A stretch of DNA of 64,000 bases from Octopus bimaculoides (Eukaryota). The translations under genes were made by a program, and so were the position numbers. Below, in pieces: positions 1 through 12,021 of the stretch (position 1 is its first letter; every line of letters begins with the position of its first letter). Location of the stretch: NCBI RefSeq assembly GCF_001194135.2, contig NC_068989.1, forward strand, positions 23,224,438-23,288,437. The letters are read 5' to 3'. The notes under the pieces are model-generated. The model was not told where the DNA came from. It did no database searches and saw only the letters and a program-made list of their open reading frames with translations.

Positions 1-525
1 CAATGATAAGAAAATGTTAAGAGAGGCTTTGTGTTTAAACAGTTTGCATAAAAGTGTTCAAAATAGGCAAGTTAATAATTGTTCATAAGTTTATCAGAAA
101 TCTTTATTGTTTATAAGCATATACACAGAGAGAATTTGTAGACAGTATTTGATAGGAAAAAGCGTGTATTGCTTTGTCAAAAGTTCATCAAAAATCATAA
201 TCTTTTTTAGAATTTTAGGAGAATGACCAACTTTTTTTCTTTATCTCCAATCCTTACAAAACACACATACAAGACTGGAGATGAAGAAAAAAGGTTGGTC
301 ATTCCCCTAAAATTCTTATAAAAAATTACGATTTCTTATGAACCTTTGACAAAGCAATGCATGCTTTCTCCTATCAAATACTGTCTACAAATTCACTCTG
401 TATAAACAATTATAAACAATTATGATTTCTGATAAAGTTATAAACAATTATGAACTTGCCTATTTTGAACACTGTTATGCAGATTGCTTAAACAAAAAGC
501 CTCTCTTAACATTTTCTTATCATTG
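1..525. repeat. Long fold-back inverted repeat (MITE-like), left end cut by the window edge
   Basis: 1-249 is the reverse complement of 276-525 (e.g. caatgataagaaaatgttaagagaggc / gcctctcttaacattttcttatcattg), with a ~26-nt loop. Confidence 0.85.
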
Positions 526-1834
526 TCAAAAACTCACTGTATTTTAATACATCTATGTTAACTAATTTTTAACATCACAAAGGAAACACAAAGCCTTACA
601 TTTTACTTTTGAAAATCTTTTTTAAAAAAAAAAATGAAACCGGTCAAGTCAATAAACATCTTTAAAAGACCTCTTCATTTTCAAATCCTCTTCCCTATAT
701 ATTTTCACTTGTGCAGTACCTTCCCATGCTAGCATGGAAAGCTGACGTTAAACGAACAATACTAGAGAGAGATGAAAAATTATCTTGACAGTGGTTAACA
801 AGAATGCCAGATGCCTTTCAGCCTTCTTGGACCTTGTCAATGATGTATACTCGCAGGTATGACTTGTGCTGCGATTTTGTTTAAAGTGAAGTAAAGTTGC
901 ATACTGTGAACCTCACTCTTTTATTTGTGACCACCTACAATCCAGTGACAAGACCAGGTCTAGATGATTAGGGATGAAGACAAATGCAGGAGATGACCAT
1001 GGTGTTTTATTAACCTCATCTTCCTCTCTGCACTCCACAGTGCATTGTTGCAACCTTCCTCTCCTTTGAACCATGAAGATTTCTTCTGCATAGACTCAAA
1101 ATCCTAAAGACGTCTTCCATTTTTCCTTGATGTAAACCTATACCCTCTTTGTTGTTCTTTCACCTCATTTTTGAGATTTTTGTTTTGTTTTGTTTTTTCT
1201 TAAGCTATGCATACATACATTACAGATCCAATCCATCACCGGAACAGTAAAAATCTGTAAAACTTTCCAGAAGTTTATCATTTAAATATATATGAGCATG
1301 TCTAGATATGCAACTATATGCATGAGAATACATACATAAAACAGAACATACAAATCTGCACATATACATTCATAGAAACAAAAATACCCTGTTGTTGATA
1401 TTAAAATTCCAATGAAGGAGCTTTGAATCTAGATTAGAAATTGGCTCTTTCTCTATTGGCAAGAAATCTTGAAATAAAACTGAACAATGACATCCATCCA
1501 TCCACACATACATACATACATATATATATATAGGCAGCTGAATTTAGGTGGGGGAGGGCGAGTCTTGAAGATGATCCAGGGCCTTGCAACTGTCACCATC
1601 GAAGAAAACAGAGCAGATGAGGAGGAGGAGGGTACATGATCTATAAGTTCAACATTAGTTCACCATAAATGGTGAACTAATGATGAACTCCTGCTGACCT
1701 CTACAATGACACAAAGCTTTTATTCTCTGTCCCTCAGAACAATATCAGGTCTGTGGTATTTGTAGCAGCTTCTTGTTATTGGAATGCATAGTTTATCCAT
1801 TCATTTTTATTGGTCTTTTATTATTTCCATACAG

Positions 1835-2035
1835 GCCTACTGGATTGGTCCACTAACTGGCAGTATCATAGGGTCAGTATTATACGACAAGATATTCTCA
1901 ACCAGAAAAACTGACAGCATTTCCTACCAATGTTGCCTGAGGAAACGAGACAAGAATGATGCCCCATCTCGAAGCACTAGTGCCGAAGAAATACCAATGA
2001 AAAATGAAATAATGACTGATGTTGATGCTGCATGA
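1835..2035 (+). CDS. Aquaporin (MIP family), terminal coding exon; upstream exons lie outside the window
   Basis: Pyrimidine-rich acceptor ...tttccatacag|GCC (AG at 1833-1834, phase 0). Translates AYWIGPLTGSIIGSVLYDKIF..., the typical aquaporin TM6 motif (YWxGPxxGxxxxxxxY), then a hydrophilic tail to TGA at 2033-2035. Confidence 0.9.
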   Translation, partial: AYWIGPLTGSIIGSVLYDKIFSTRKTDSISYQCCLRKRDKNDAPSRSTSAEEIPMKNEIMTDVDAA

Positions 2036-2131
2036 TAATCAGCGTTGCATGAACACCAAAAATGCTTTGTTGCTAACTTGGTAAACTTCAGTGCTCTTAA
2101 CTCTCCTAACTGGATTTTATTCCTCCATTCC

Positions 2132-2228
2132 AATAAACCAACAGTTCCAAATCTTTTTGTATCACAACTCATACTAGCAAAACAAAATTTCTATTTTCTT
2201 TTTTTTATATATTTAAATGTAAAATAAA
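2132..2228 (+). terminator. Candidate polyadenylation signals of the aquaporin
   Basis: AATAAA at 2132-2137 and 2223-2228, downstream of the stop codon. Confidence 0.45.
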
Positions 2229-2354
2229 AAAAAAAAAAGCAATTATCCAAAAATTTCATAAAATTATTATTTGATACTTTTGCTAAAATATTCCTTACTT
2301 TCTGTTTGAGGTAAGTGCTGCATTGTGATTCTAATGATGCCAATGGCTTGTTAA

Positions 2355-2571
2355 CCCTTTCATTACCATATTTCTGCTGAAATATAGAACTTTTCCTTCA
2401 ATTAATTTTCTAAATAATTAAGAATTTAGCACAAGAATTTTGTCATTATTAAGCTTGGAACTTAAATTAACATAAAATTTTTGATGGAAGATTTGAATTT
2501 AGATTGTTTTATGAGAGGATGCTTGTGTCCTAGAACCAGAGGTAGTTTCAGGTGGGTTGGTAACAAAAGGG
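2355..2571. mobile_element. piggyBac-type MITE
   Basis: TTAA at 2351-2354 and 2572-2575; CCCTTTT...AAAAGGG termini. Related fragments near 21480-21620, 22880-23030, 25030-25220 and 27440-27570. Confidence 0.75.
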
Positions 2572-3303
2572 TTAAAAAACACATTTTCATAGAACCTTTT
2601 GCATTTCATCAAAGACTTCAAAAACTGACTCTTTTTAGAATTATATTGTGACCCAATTTGAACTGCAACTCTTATATTTAGGAACCATTGCAATTACCAT
2701 TAGACCAGCTACTAAAACTGTTTACATGACTACATGAAGAAAAACTTAGGAAATATAATTAACACTATACATGATGCTTTCATTTAGCAGAAATTTATTT
2801 GATACGGAAAACTGGAAAAATGTTATTTTATGTTTTTAATTTTTAATTTTCTTATTTTTTTAAGAAAATATCTAAACAGATGTCTTTATAAATAATAATG
2901 TTGAAGATGATAATGAAATTCTATAAATTGATTTATATATATATCTATATATTTATAAATTTATGTATTTGTTTTGCAAGTTTCCTGATGTGAAATCATG
3001 TGTTGAATCAGATATTGTTATATTTAGGAATGGTCATATTTTTGTTGCCAAATAAACACACACACTGTATATTCATTCTTCACTTGCTTATTATTGTTCA
3101 TATTTTATGTCCATTGTCTGGAAATCTTTCATCACATATCCTTTGAACTCTTCAGTGATGCTCCATCCCAATAATTATTCTCTCCATCCAGAATGATAAG
3201 AAAGCTGAAGTGAAGAACAAGTATATAGAGTGGTTAATTTGACAAAAATTGAATTTGACCATCTCCAAATAAAACAATATTTATAAATTCTTATTTGTCA
3301 CAT

Positions 3304-3581
3304 GTGGAGGCGCAATGGCCCAGTGGTTAGGGTAGCGGACTCGCGGTCATAGGATCGCGGTTTCGATTCCCAGACCGGGCGTTGTGAGTGTTTATTGAGC
3401 GAAAACACCTAAAGCTCCACGAGGCTCCGGCAGGGGATGGTGGCGAACCCTGTTGTACTCTTTCGCCACGATTTTCTTTGACTCTATCTTCTTGTTTTTG
3501 TTGTACCTGTATTTCTAAGAGCCAGCCTTGTCACACTCTGTGTCACGCTGAATATCCCCGAGAACTACGTTAAGGGTACAC
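3304..3581 (+). mobile_element. tRNA-headed SINE family A, truncated by a gap
   Basis: A box TGGCCCAGTGG and B box GGTTTCGATTCCC; same body as the copies at 10632, 11651, 17808 and 28984. Confidence 0.85.
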
Positions 3582-4114
3582 NNNNNNNNNNNNNNNNNNN
3601 NNNNNNNNNNNNNNNNNNNNNNNNNNNNNNNNNNNNNNNNNNNNNNNNNNNNNNNNNNNNNNNNNNNNNNNNNNNNNNNNNNNNNNNNNNNNNNNNNNNN
3701 NNNNNNNNNNNNNNNNNNNNNNNNNNNNNNNNNNNNNNNNNNNNNNNNNNNNNNNNNNNNNNNNNNNNNNNNNNNNNNNNNNNNNNNNNNNNNNNNNNNN
3801 NNNNNNNNNNNNNNNNNNNNNNNNNNNNNNNNNNNNNNNNNNNNNNNNNNNNNNNNNNNNNNNNNNNNNNNNNNNNNNNNNNNNNNNNNNNNNNNNNNNN
3901 NNNNNNNNNNNNNNNNNNNNNNNNNNNNNNNNNNNNNNNNNNNNNNNNNNNNNNNNNNNNNNNNNNNNNNNNNNNNNNNNNNNNNNNNNNNNNNNNNNNN
4001 NNNNNNNNNNNNNNNNNNNNNNNNNNNNNNNNNNNNNNNNNNNNNNNNNNNNNNNNNNNNNNNNNNNNNNNNNNNNNNNNNNNNNNNNNNNNNNNNNNNN
4101 NNNNNNNNNNNNNN
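3582..4114. other. Assembly gap (others: 15878-16223, 29941-30394, 38225-38618, 53715-53991)
   Basis: Runs of N, each abutting a SINE, LINE or microsatellite. Confidence 1.
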
Positions 4115-4208
4115 GTAATATAATTTTAATCTTCGGATTTTTTTAATATGCTAGACCACTGGTTTTAATTGATTAATATCAATTTCTACCCTTATTAATA
4201 AATTTTAT

Positions 4209-4256
<48 letters not shown>

Positions 4257-5565
4257 GGCTTCTTTCAGTTTCCATCTGCCAAATCCACTCTCAAGGCTTT
4301 GGTGAGCCTGAGGCTATAGTAGAAGACACTTGCCCAAGATGTCACACAGTGGGACTGAACCCAGAACCGTGTATTTGGGAAGCAAGCTTTTTACCACACA
4401 GCCACAATAAATTTTAACAAAATCCTATTTGAACCCCCCCAAGGGCCATATGAACCCTGGTTGAGAACCACTAATGTAGATCCTGCCATGTTGATTGCTG
4501 AATAGGTAGTGACAAACCTGCTTTGTCTACCCCCATCCAGTTTGTCAAATGAAATGATAGCAGCAGCAGTTCTCCAAAAGTGGTGTTGCTGGTGGCTAAA
4601 GAAGTCCGACTACAGTGGGGGTGGGGACAAGGACGGCTGGTTTGCTGCATGTTGACAGCAGTGGTGGTAAAGATAACTCTCTACATTGGTATTTGTAGTA
4701 GTGGTGGTAGATGCTGTGGTAGTTGGTGTAAAGGGGCTGGGAGAAAATGACAAAATTCACCATTGTAGCACTGATGGTTTCAATCACAGCAGTGGCAAAG
4801 TTGGTGCATGCAGGCAACAGTACCAATCATCATCATTAGTGGTGATGATATTGGTTGTGGCAGTGGCAGCTCCAGCCAATTGTTAATTTTGGGGTTAAGT
4901 CAGAGAGTCAATAAAAATTCCTTGATATGGAGGTTTCCAATAAAAACAAACTATGGGTTCTTACATGGGAATCAAAACCTTAGTCTAAAGTTTTCCATAA
5001 GGTTTTTTGTATTGTTCTCAGCATTCATACTTGCAAATTTATAACAGTCAACTGTCATACTTAGATAAGCTCTACTCTATTCTTTTACTCAACCTCTTAG
5101 GTTAAATTCAGTTCAATATAGATAAACACATTCACCCTGTTTTGTTCTCCAACCTACACACAGCTTCAACATGAACTTGTATAACTACAGTACACTAAAC
5201 AGAATTCCTTCTCTTTAACCCAACACCTTGCTAGAGGAACATGCCTGCTCCTATTATTTTAGGACACTTTGTTTTTGCTTTTAGATGCAGCACACCTTTC
5301 TCTTTCTAGCATGCCATTCTGTCTTTTCTACCCAACATGGTCAGAGGTACATGGCTGCTATTCTTACTACTATCATGCTCTACCATTGCAAAACAACAAA
5401 TGCTACAGCCCTTGTATATTCTTCCTAACAACAAATTGACAGATAGATAAGATCTGTAAGAAATAACCGTTTTCCTTCTGTTGATTCATTTGGTACATAC
5501 CACACTGTCCAGGGAGTTTAAATAGGCTATTAGTACTAATAACCACTGCATTCATTGCACCTATC

Positions 5566-5569
<4 letters not shown>

Positions 5570-5624
<55 letters not shown>

Positions 5625-5850
5625 TACATACACACATACATACATACATATGAACGTACTTCCAACCATACATACACATGGATACATACATACATACATA
5701 CGTACTTCCAACTATACATACACATACATACATACATACACATACATACATACACACACATACATACATACACACACACACACATACATACATACATACA
5801 TACATACATACATACGTACGTGAGTGCGTAGGTACGTACTTCCAACCATA
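5570..5850. repeat. Compound (CA)n/(CATA)n microsatellite with three embedded cgtacttccaac(c/t)ata motifs
   Basis: Read directly from the sequence. Confidence 0.9.
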
Positions 5851-5989
5851 AGTACAGGAACAAAATTTGCTGGGGGCAATGTGCAAAGCCAGGTCTAAAA
5901 TTTTTTACAAACAAGGTCAATTATTTTCTCATTTTTAATATCAAAACAAATACAGAGATTTAAAATACAGGTATTATTATCATTATTAT

Positions 5990-6578
5990 TAAGTCAAATT
6001 CCACTGACATCAACTTTACCTTTCATCCTTTCAGAGTCAATAAAATAAGTACCAGTTGAACACAGGAGTCGATGTAACTGACTCATCCCCTCCCCACAAA
6101 TTGTTACCCTTGTGGCAAAATTTGAAACCATTGTTATTATTATTAAGGCAGCAAGCTGGCAGAATCGTTAGCACACCAGGTAAAATACTTCATGGCATTT
6201 CAACTGTCTTTATGTTCTGAGTTCAAATTCCACCAAGGTTTTTCATCCTTTCGGGGTCAATAAAATAAGTACCAGTTGAATACTGGAGTCGATGTAACCG
6301 ACTCACCACTGACCCTAAAATTGCTGGTCTTGGGCCAAAATTTGAAACCATTATTATTATTATAAGGCAGGGAACTGGCAGAATTGTCCCCACACTGGGT
6401 AAAATGCTTAGTGGCATTTTGTCCAGCTTTATGTTCTGAGTTCAAATACAGCTGGAGTTTACTTTCCCTTTCATCTCTTTAGGATCAATAAAATAAGTAC
6501 TAGTTGAGTGCTGGGGTTGATGTAATCAACTTAGCCCCACCCCCAGAATTGTTAACCTTGTGCCAAAATTTGAAACTA
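5990..6578 (+). mobile_element. Three tandem copies of tRNA-headed SINE family B (older subfamily, ...gtgccaaaatttgaaacc tail)
   Basis: Repeated gagttcaaattcc (B box) ... tttcatcctttcggggtcaataaaataagtaccagttg. Other copies near 9425, 34600-34960, 35665, 39480(-), 54780, 58425, 63200(-) and 63335. Confidence 0.8.
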
Positions 6579-6581
6579 TTA

Positions 6582-7174
6582 TTACCTCCTCCTTAGCGAA
6601 GGCAGAGGTATTGTTTCAGTCGTGTTTGTCTATGGACAAGATATCTCGAGAACCGCTGGATGGATTCAAATGAAACTTTCAGGGATGTTTGGCCTCATGA
6701 CTGGCACGAACTGATTAGATTTGGGGATCAATCCAGTACCGGACAAGGATTCTGGATTATTTTTTGTTATATTTACTTTACTTTACATGATTACAATCTA
6801 ACGTTAACTTTCAAGTCTTTCTCAGTTATCTCCCTTTATGCTGTAACTATTTTGAATGGTGAATTTGTTAATTTTGGCTTATATTAGATAAGAATAAACT
6901 ATTTATTACTGTTACTAAATTTTCTACAGCCACCTTTACATTCCATGACTATCGTTGGGATCGATCAGATACCAGACAAAGATTCTGGATTATTTTTCCG
7001 TTTTTTTTTTACTTAATTATTGAGAGCGGTCGGGTTCATTTTTAGTAATCATGTTTGTGAGAGCAATCGAGTTTATTTCAGATATTCTCATTTTAAAAAT
7101 CGTTTCTGGCTAATCGTTGAGAGGACGTTGGTGTTGCCTTGCTGGAAGTTTGCGCTCTCTGAGTGCTCTCTATT
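6582..7174 (+). mobile_element. Non-autonomous Helentron-type (HINE/DINE-1-like) element
   Basis: 5' hairpin acctcctcctt-agcg-aaggcagaggt followed by tgtttgtc repeats. 3' sub-terminal inverted copy gccttgctggaagt and short terminal hairpin gcgctc-tct-gagtgc; T-rich flanks. Confidence 0.65.
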
Positions 7175-7199
7175 ATCATTGTGAACTTTTTTTTTTTAT

Positions 7200-7325
7200 T
7201 TTTATTATTATTATTATTATTATTGTTATTATTATTATTGTTATTGTTATTATTATTATTGTTGTTGTTGTTGTTGTTGTTATTGTTGTTGTTGTTGTTG
7301 TTGTTGTTGTTATTATTATTATTCA
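7200..7325. repeat. (ATT)n/(GTT)n microsatellite
   Basis: Read directly. Similar tracts at 7670-7765, 27640-27682 and 61678-61760. Confidence 0.95.
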
Positions 7326-7762
7326 GTAGTTTTATTTTTATAACGTGCTTTCACTTCACTACCGAGCGCAGCTCTGTGTGCCTTGGGTATGTGCTGTGGT
7401 TTGCTGTGGTGCTCTTATGGTTACTGTATTGAAAGTGTTTTGTGTAGGATGTGTGCAGTACCCAGTAGTGCAATTTTCTGTATGTTATATATACTTGTAA
7501 GTCCTGGTGTTTTTGTTATGTATTTGTCTGAATATTTTTTTTATTATACCTAAGGCGCCTACTATGATAGGAATTGTTTCTGTTTTTAGATTCCACATTC
7601 GAGTTACCTCTATTTCAGGTCTTTGTATTTTGAAAATTTCTCCATTTCTTTTAGGGAAACGTTGTCATCTGCTTATTATCATTATTATTATTATTATTGT
7701 CATCTGCTTATTATTATTATTATTATTATTGTCATCTGCTTATTATTATTATTATTATTATT

Positions 7763-7935
7763 ATTACCCCTGCCTTAGCAAAGGCAGAGGTATTGTTTTC
7801 AGTCGTGTTTGTTTGTCCATGGACAAGATATCTCAAGAAACTTTCAGGGATGTTTGGACTCATGACTTCCACGAACTGATTAGATTTTGGGGATCAATCC
7901 GGTACCGGACAAGGATTCTGGATTATTTTTTACAT
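7763..7935 (+). mobile_element. Second copy (5' part) of the Helentron-type element
   Basis: Near-identical to 6582-6765. A further shared segment (tttatttcagatattctcattttaaaaatc) recurs near 8434-8463. Confidence 0.65.
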
Positions 7936-8018
7936 TTTCTTTATTTTACATGTATATGTTAAGTTTCACATAGTTCTCTTGTACATGTACGCACATTTTC
8001 AGCGTTGAACATTACCAT

Positions 8019-8087
8019 TACACACACACACACACACGCACACGCACACGCACACGCACACGCACACGCACACGCGCGCGCGCGCGC
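8019..8087. repeat. (CA)n-(CACACG)n-(CG)n alternating purine-pyrimidine tract
   Basis: Read directly from the sequence. Confidence 0.9.
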
Positions 8088-8467
8088 AAGTATACCTCTC
8101 TTTTGCACACATATATTCACACATCAAACGCCGTTTATCAGCTTTTTCATTCCTTCATTCAGCCTTACTTTTCTCATTCATACGACACTCTCTTTGTCAT
8201 TTATCTCCTCTACCTTCACCTCTCATACCGGCTCTATTTGATATATATATATACAAATATATATATATACAAATATATAAGAAGACAACGTTCAATATTA
8301 TATTAGATTATACATACATTTTAACACTTTACAGTATACTTACATATCAGTCTAAAACAACAGAATTACTAAAGGAAGACCAGAATTTAAGAGAAGAGAA
8401 AACCAAAAGGTCTCATGATATTCATTGAAGGATTTTATTTCAGATATTCTCATTTTAAAAATCTGAT

Positions 8468-9352
8468 TGGCTCTGATTGGCTTTATGCAAATGCGATCAT
8501 TAGTTGGGTCCGGAACTCTCGTGGGGAAAAAATTTCACGGCCAGCCACAAGTCGTAAATCGCTTTAAATATAAATTGATTTACGATTATAAGACATAGGT
8601 GTAGGGGACACAACTCTGCTGTCACGATTTCTTTTCTTTAGTCGCTTTTACAATTCGCCGATCAATAACTATTTTAACAGTTAGATAATAGTAATAGTAA
8701 TATTTTAATTTTATAGTGTAATTAGGTTTTTGCTTATTAAAAGCTAAATGACCATTTTTTCTTTTCTCTTTTAATAATGCTTCTTGATCTTGTTCTTGTT
8801 CCAACCATGTCTGCCTCTGCGTAGTTATTTGTGTTGTTGTTTACTTTCTAAAACAGTAAGGGGAAAGGGTTGCTAGCACATCACCCTCTACCCATATTTT
8901 CCCCATCCACATCTTTACCATATGGGGCCCTAACAAAATCCGATGATAGGTATAAATGAAAATCTATCTAATTACTTGTCTCCTTCTAAAATCAGGCATA
9001 ACTTGTCGATCGGTCGACAATTCTTCATCTTGTGTTTACTTGGTAGAGTGTGTTTGTTAACTTGACAACAAGGTCAAGGTGAGCTCTGATTGGCTTTATG
9101 CAAATGAGATCGTTACTTGGGTCCGGAACTTTCGTGAGAAAAAAATTTCACGGTCAGCCACAAGCTTTAAATATAAATTGGTTTACGATTATAAGACATC
9201 GGTGTAGGGGACACAACTCTGCTGTCACAGTTTCTTTTCCTTTAGTCGCTTTTACAATTCGCCCTATCAATAACTATCTTATCAGTTAGATAACAGTAAT
9301 ATTTTAATTTTATAGTGTAATTAGGTTTTTGCTTATTAAAAATCAAATGAGA
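8468..9352 (+). repeat. Local direct duplication of ~280 bp (8468-8750 and 9083-9352)
   Basis: Both copies begin gctctgattggctttatgcaaatg and align to ...gcttattaaaa, apart from two small indels. Confidence 0.9.
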
Positions 9353-10631
9353 TTTTTTCCAAGTTCGAACCCAGTACACTTTTTCCTTATCATATTTCAC
9401 TTGAAGGCTTTTACTTCTGGTAGTTTCAAAGACGGCGAGTAGGTAGAATTATTAGCGCATCGGATAAAATGCCTGATATTTCTTCCCGTTCTTCACATTC
9501 TGAGAACAAATCTTGCCAAGATGAACTTTGCTTTTTATCCTTTCGGGATCGATAAAATAAAGTACTTTGCTCTTTCCCCTAAAATCGCTGATCCTGAGCC
9601 AAAATTAGAGACAATTAAAGTTAGTGTCATTACGGAGATTAATGGCAGTTACAGCAGTAGTATTAGCGTCCTTATCTCGAACCCTCAACTTCTTTCTGAA
9701 ATGGTAGTGGCGCCAGTGTGACATAAAGCGTGCCTTGGGCACTTTTTGACCTGGAGACGGTTACCCTTCTGTCTGTCTGACCTCAGTCAGTCTATTCCAG
9801 AAAGTGCAGTAGACAAACGAAGACACACTTCTATGACAGAGATACTCACAACTATTACGAGATGTCAAAACAAGGAAACTCGATCATACGCACATTCACA
9901 CATAGATACATTATCATCATCATCATAATCAACATCATTTAGCGTCCATTTTCCATGGGTTTGGCAGTTTGACTGGAGCTGGTAAGCTGAAGAGCTACAC
10001 CTGTCTCGTTTGTTTTGGCTTGGTTTCTACAGCTGAATGCCCTTCCTGTCATGAACCACTCCACAGAGTACACTGGGTGTCTTTTACGTGTCAGTGGCAA
10101 GAGAGCCTTTTACATGTCACCAGCACTGGCCATGACTACAATCTCACTTAGCTTGACATGTCTTCTCAAGCACAGCAAATCACCATGTACATGTTTATTA
10201 TATACAAGTTTTTTTTATTTTTATTTTCAGTTTCTGTCTACCAAATCCACTCAAAAGGTTTTGGTCAGTCCAAGGCTATGGTAGAAGACATTTGCCCAAG
10301 GTGCAATACAGTGAGACTGAACCTGAAACCGTGTGGTTGGGAAGCAAACTACTTAACCCCATAGCCATACTTGTAAAAATAATTACTCTAACAAAAGTCT
10401 ATTGCTTTATTGTTAGCTTGGAAAATTGTGGATGGTGGAGGCTAGCTATAAAACATTCTGTTTTATTTTAATATTTGTCCATTGTGGGGTTTTCTTTTTT
10501 TCTGTTTTCTAAGCAAGTTTACCGCCAATTATTAAAGAATTCAATATAATTCATTTGTTCTAGTGTCTTGAATTAAATAAAGAACATAATAAATTCAGAA
10601 AATCATTTTGATACCTGCCTGTAGTTAGACA

Positions 10632-11003
10632 GTGGAGGCGCAATGGCACAGTGGTTAGGGCAGCGGATTCGCAGTCATAGGATAGTGGCTTCGATTCCCA
10701 GATCGGGCATTGTGTGTGTTTATTGAGCGAAAACACCTAAAGCTCCACGAGGCTCCGGCAGGGGATGGTGGCGAACCCTGCTGTACTCTTTCACCACAAC
10801 TTTCTCTCACTCTTACTTCCTGTTTCTGTTGTGCCTGTAATTCAAAGGGTCAGCCTTGTCACACTGTGTCACGCTGAATATCCCTGAGAACTACGTTAAG
10901 GGTACACGTGTCTGTGGAGTGCTCGGCCACTTGCACGTTAATTTCACGAGCAGGCTGTTCCGTTGATCGGATCAACTGGAACCCTCGACGGAGTGCCAAC
11001 AAC
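10632..11003 (+). mobile_element. SINE family A, full length
   Basis: tRNA-like head, (CAA)n tail, 11-bp TSD gtagttagaca at 10621-10631 and 11004-11014. Confidence 0.9.
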
Positions 11004-11650
11004 GTAGTTAGACATCACAACGACCACCATTACCATCATCATTTTAACATTTACATTTCCAAGCTTGCATGAGTTGGACAAGAGTACTTTGGAGTCAAGT
11101 TTTTCTACAGTCAAATAACCTTCTTGTCACCTGTGAGGTAATAATCCCAGTCTAACAAACAACAAACAACCCAGATATGTTTTATGCAGAGAACTAGAAA
11201 CAAACAACATTGTATAAACAACCCTTTTGTTTACAGAGGTCATAAATATTGAGAAACCCAAACATGTTTTTGTGATGGACATCAAGCAACCACCAAAGCA
11301 AACTACACTAGCTGGGAGCCATTGTTTACAAACCAATGGACACATGGGAAATACAAACTCACTCACACAAACACACACATGCAAACAGACACATATCTAC
11401 ATCATTGTCATCATTTTAACATCTATTTTTCCATGCTTGTAAAGGTTAGACAAAGTTTATTGAGGCAGATTTTCTACAGTCTCATGTCTTTCTTATCACC
11501 AACAATCGTTTCCAAGATAATATTTCCTATGACCAGACATGGTTTTCATGGAAGTCAGGAAATGAATAAGATTGCTTGTAATAGTGTTGCTCATTTACAA
11601 CCAGCCCACGATGTCAAAACAAGAGTGCACACAAATACACACATGCATAT

Positions 11651-12021
11651 TGCTGTTGGCACTCCATCGCTTACGACGTCGAGGGTTCCAGTTGATCTGA
11701 TCAACAGAACAGCCTGCTCATGAAATTAATGTGCAAGTGGCTGAGCACTCCACAGACACATGTACCCTTAACGTAGTTCTCGGGGATATTCAGCGTGACA
11801 CAGTGTGACAAGGCTGACCCTTTGAATTACAGGCACAACAGAAACAGGAAGTAAGAGTGAGAGAAAGTTGTGGTGAAAGAGTACAGCAGGGTTCGCCACC
11901 ATCCCCTGCCGGAGCCTCGTGGAGCTTTAGGTGTTTTCGCTCAATAAACACACACAACGCCCGGTCTAGGAATCAAAACCGCGAGTCCGCTGCCCTAACC
12001 ACTGGGCCATTGTGCCTCCAC
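11651..12021 (-). mobile_element. SINE family A, full length
   Basis: Reverse-complement copy; 12-bp TSD acacatgcatat/acacatgcaaat. Confidence 0.9.

Noticed and set aside
792-856. AG...GT-bounded 65-nt segment as a possible aquaporin exon
   Set aside because: No frame resembles the expected NPA-containing penultimate exon; likely a chance pair of splice-like sites.
2222-2238. A-run after AATAAA as the poly(A) of a processed aquaporin retrocopy
   Set aside because: The exon is preceded by a genuine intron acceptor and no TSD was seen; this is a genomic A-tract.
3304-3380. tRNA genes at the SINE heads
   Set aside because: A and B boxes are present, but each continues into a shared SINE body with tail and TSD, and no intact acceptor stem was found.
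4596-4886. Val-rich or Thr/His-rich ORFs suggesting a mucin-like exon
   Set aside because: Degenerate (GTG/GTA)n low-complexity sequence; no convincing splice sites or family motif.
5403-5920. CVCV/YIYI/THTH/poly-L/poly-I ORFs (also 7117-7432, 33762-34135, 62216-62450)
   Set aside because: Translations of di-, tri- and tetranucleotide microsatellites.
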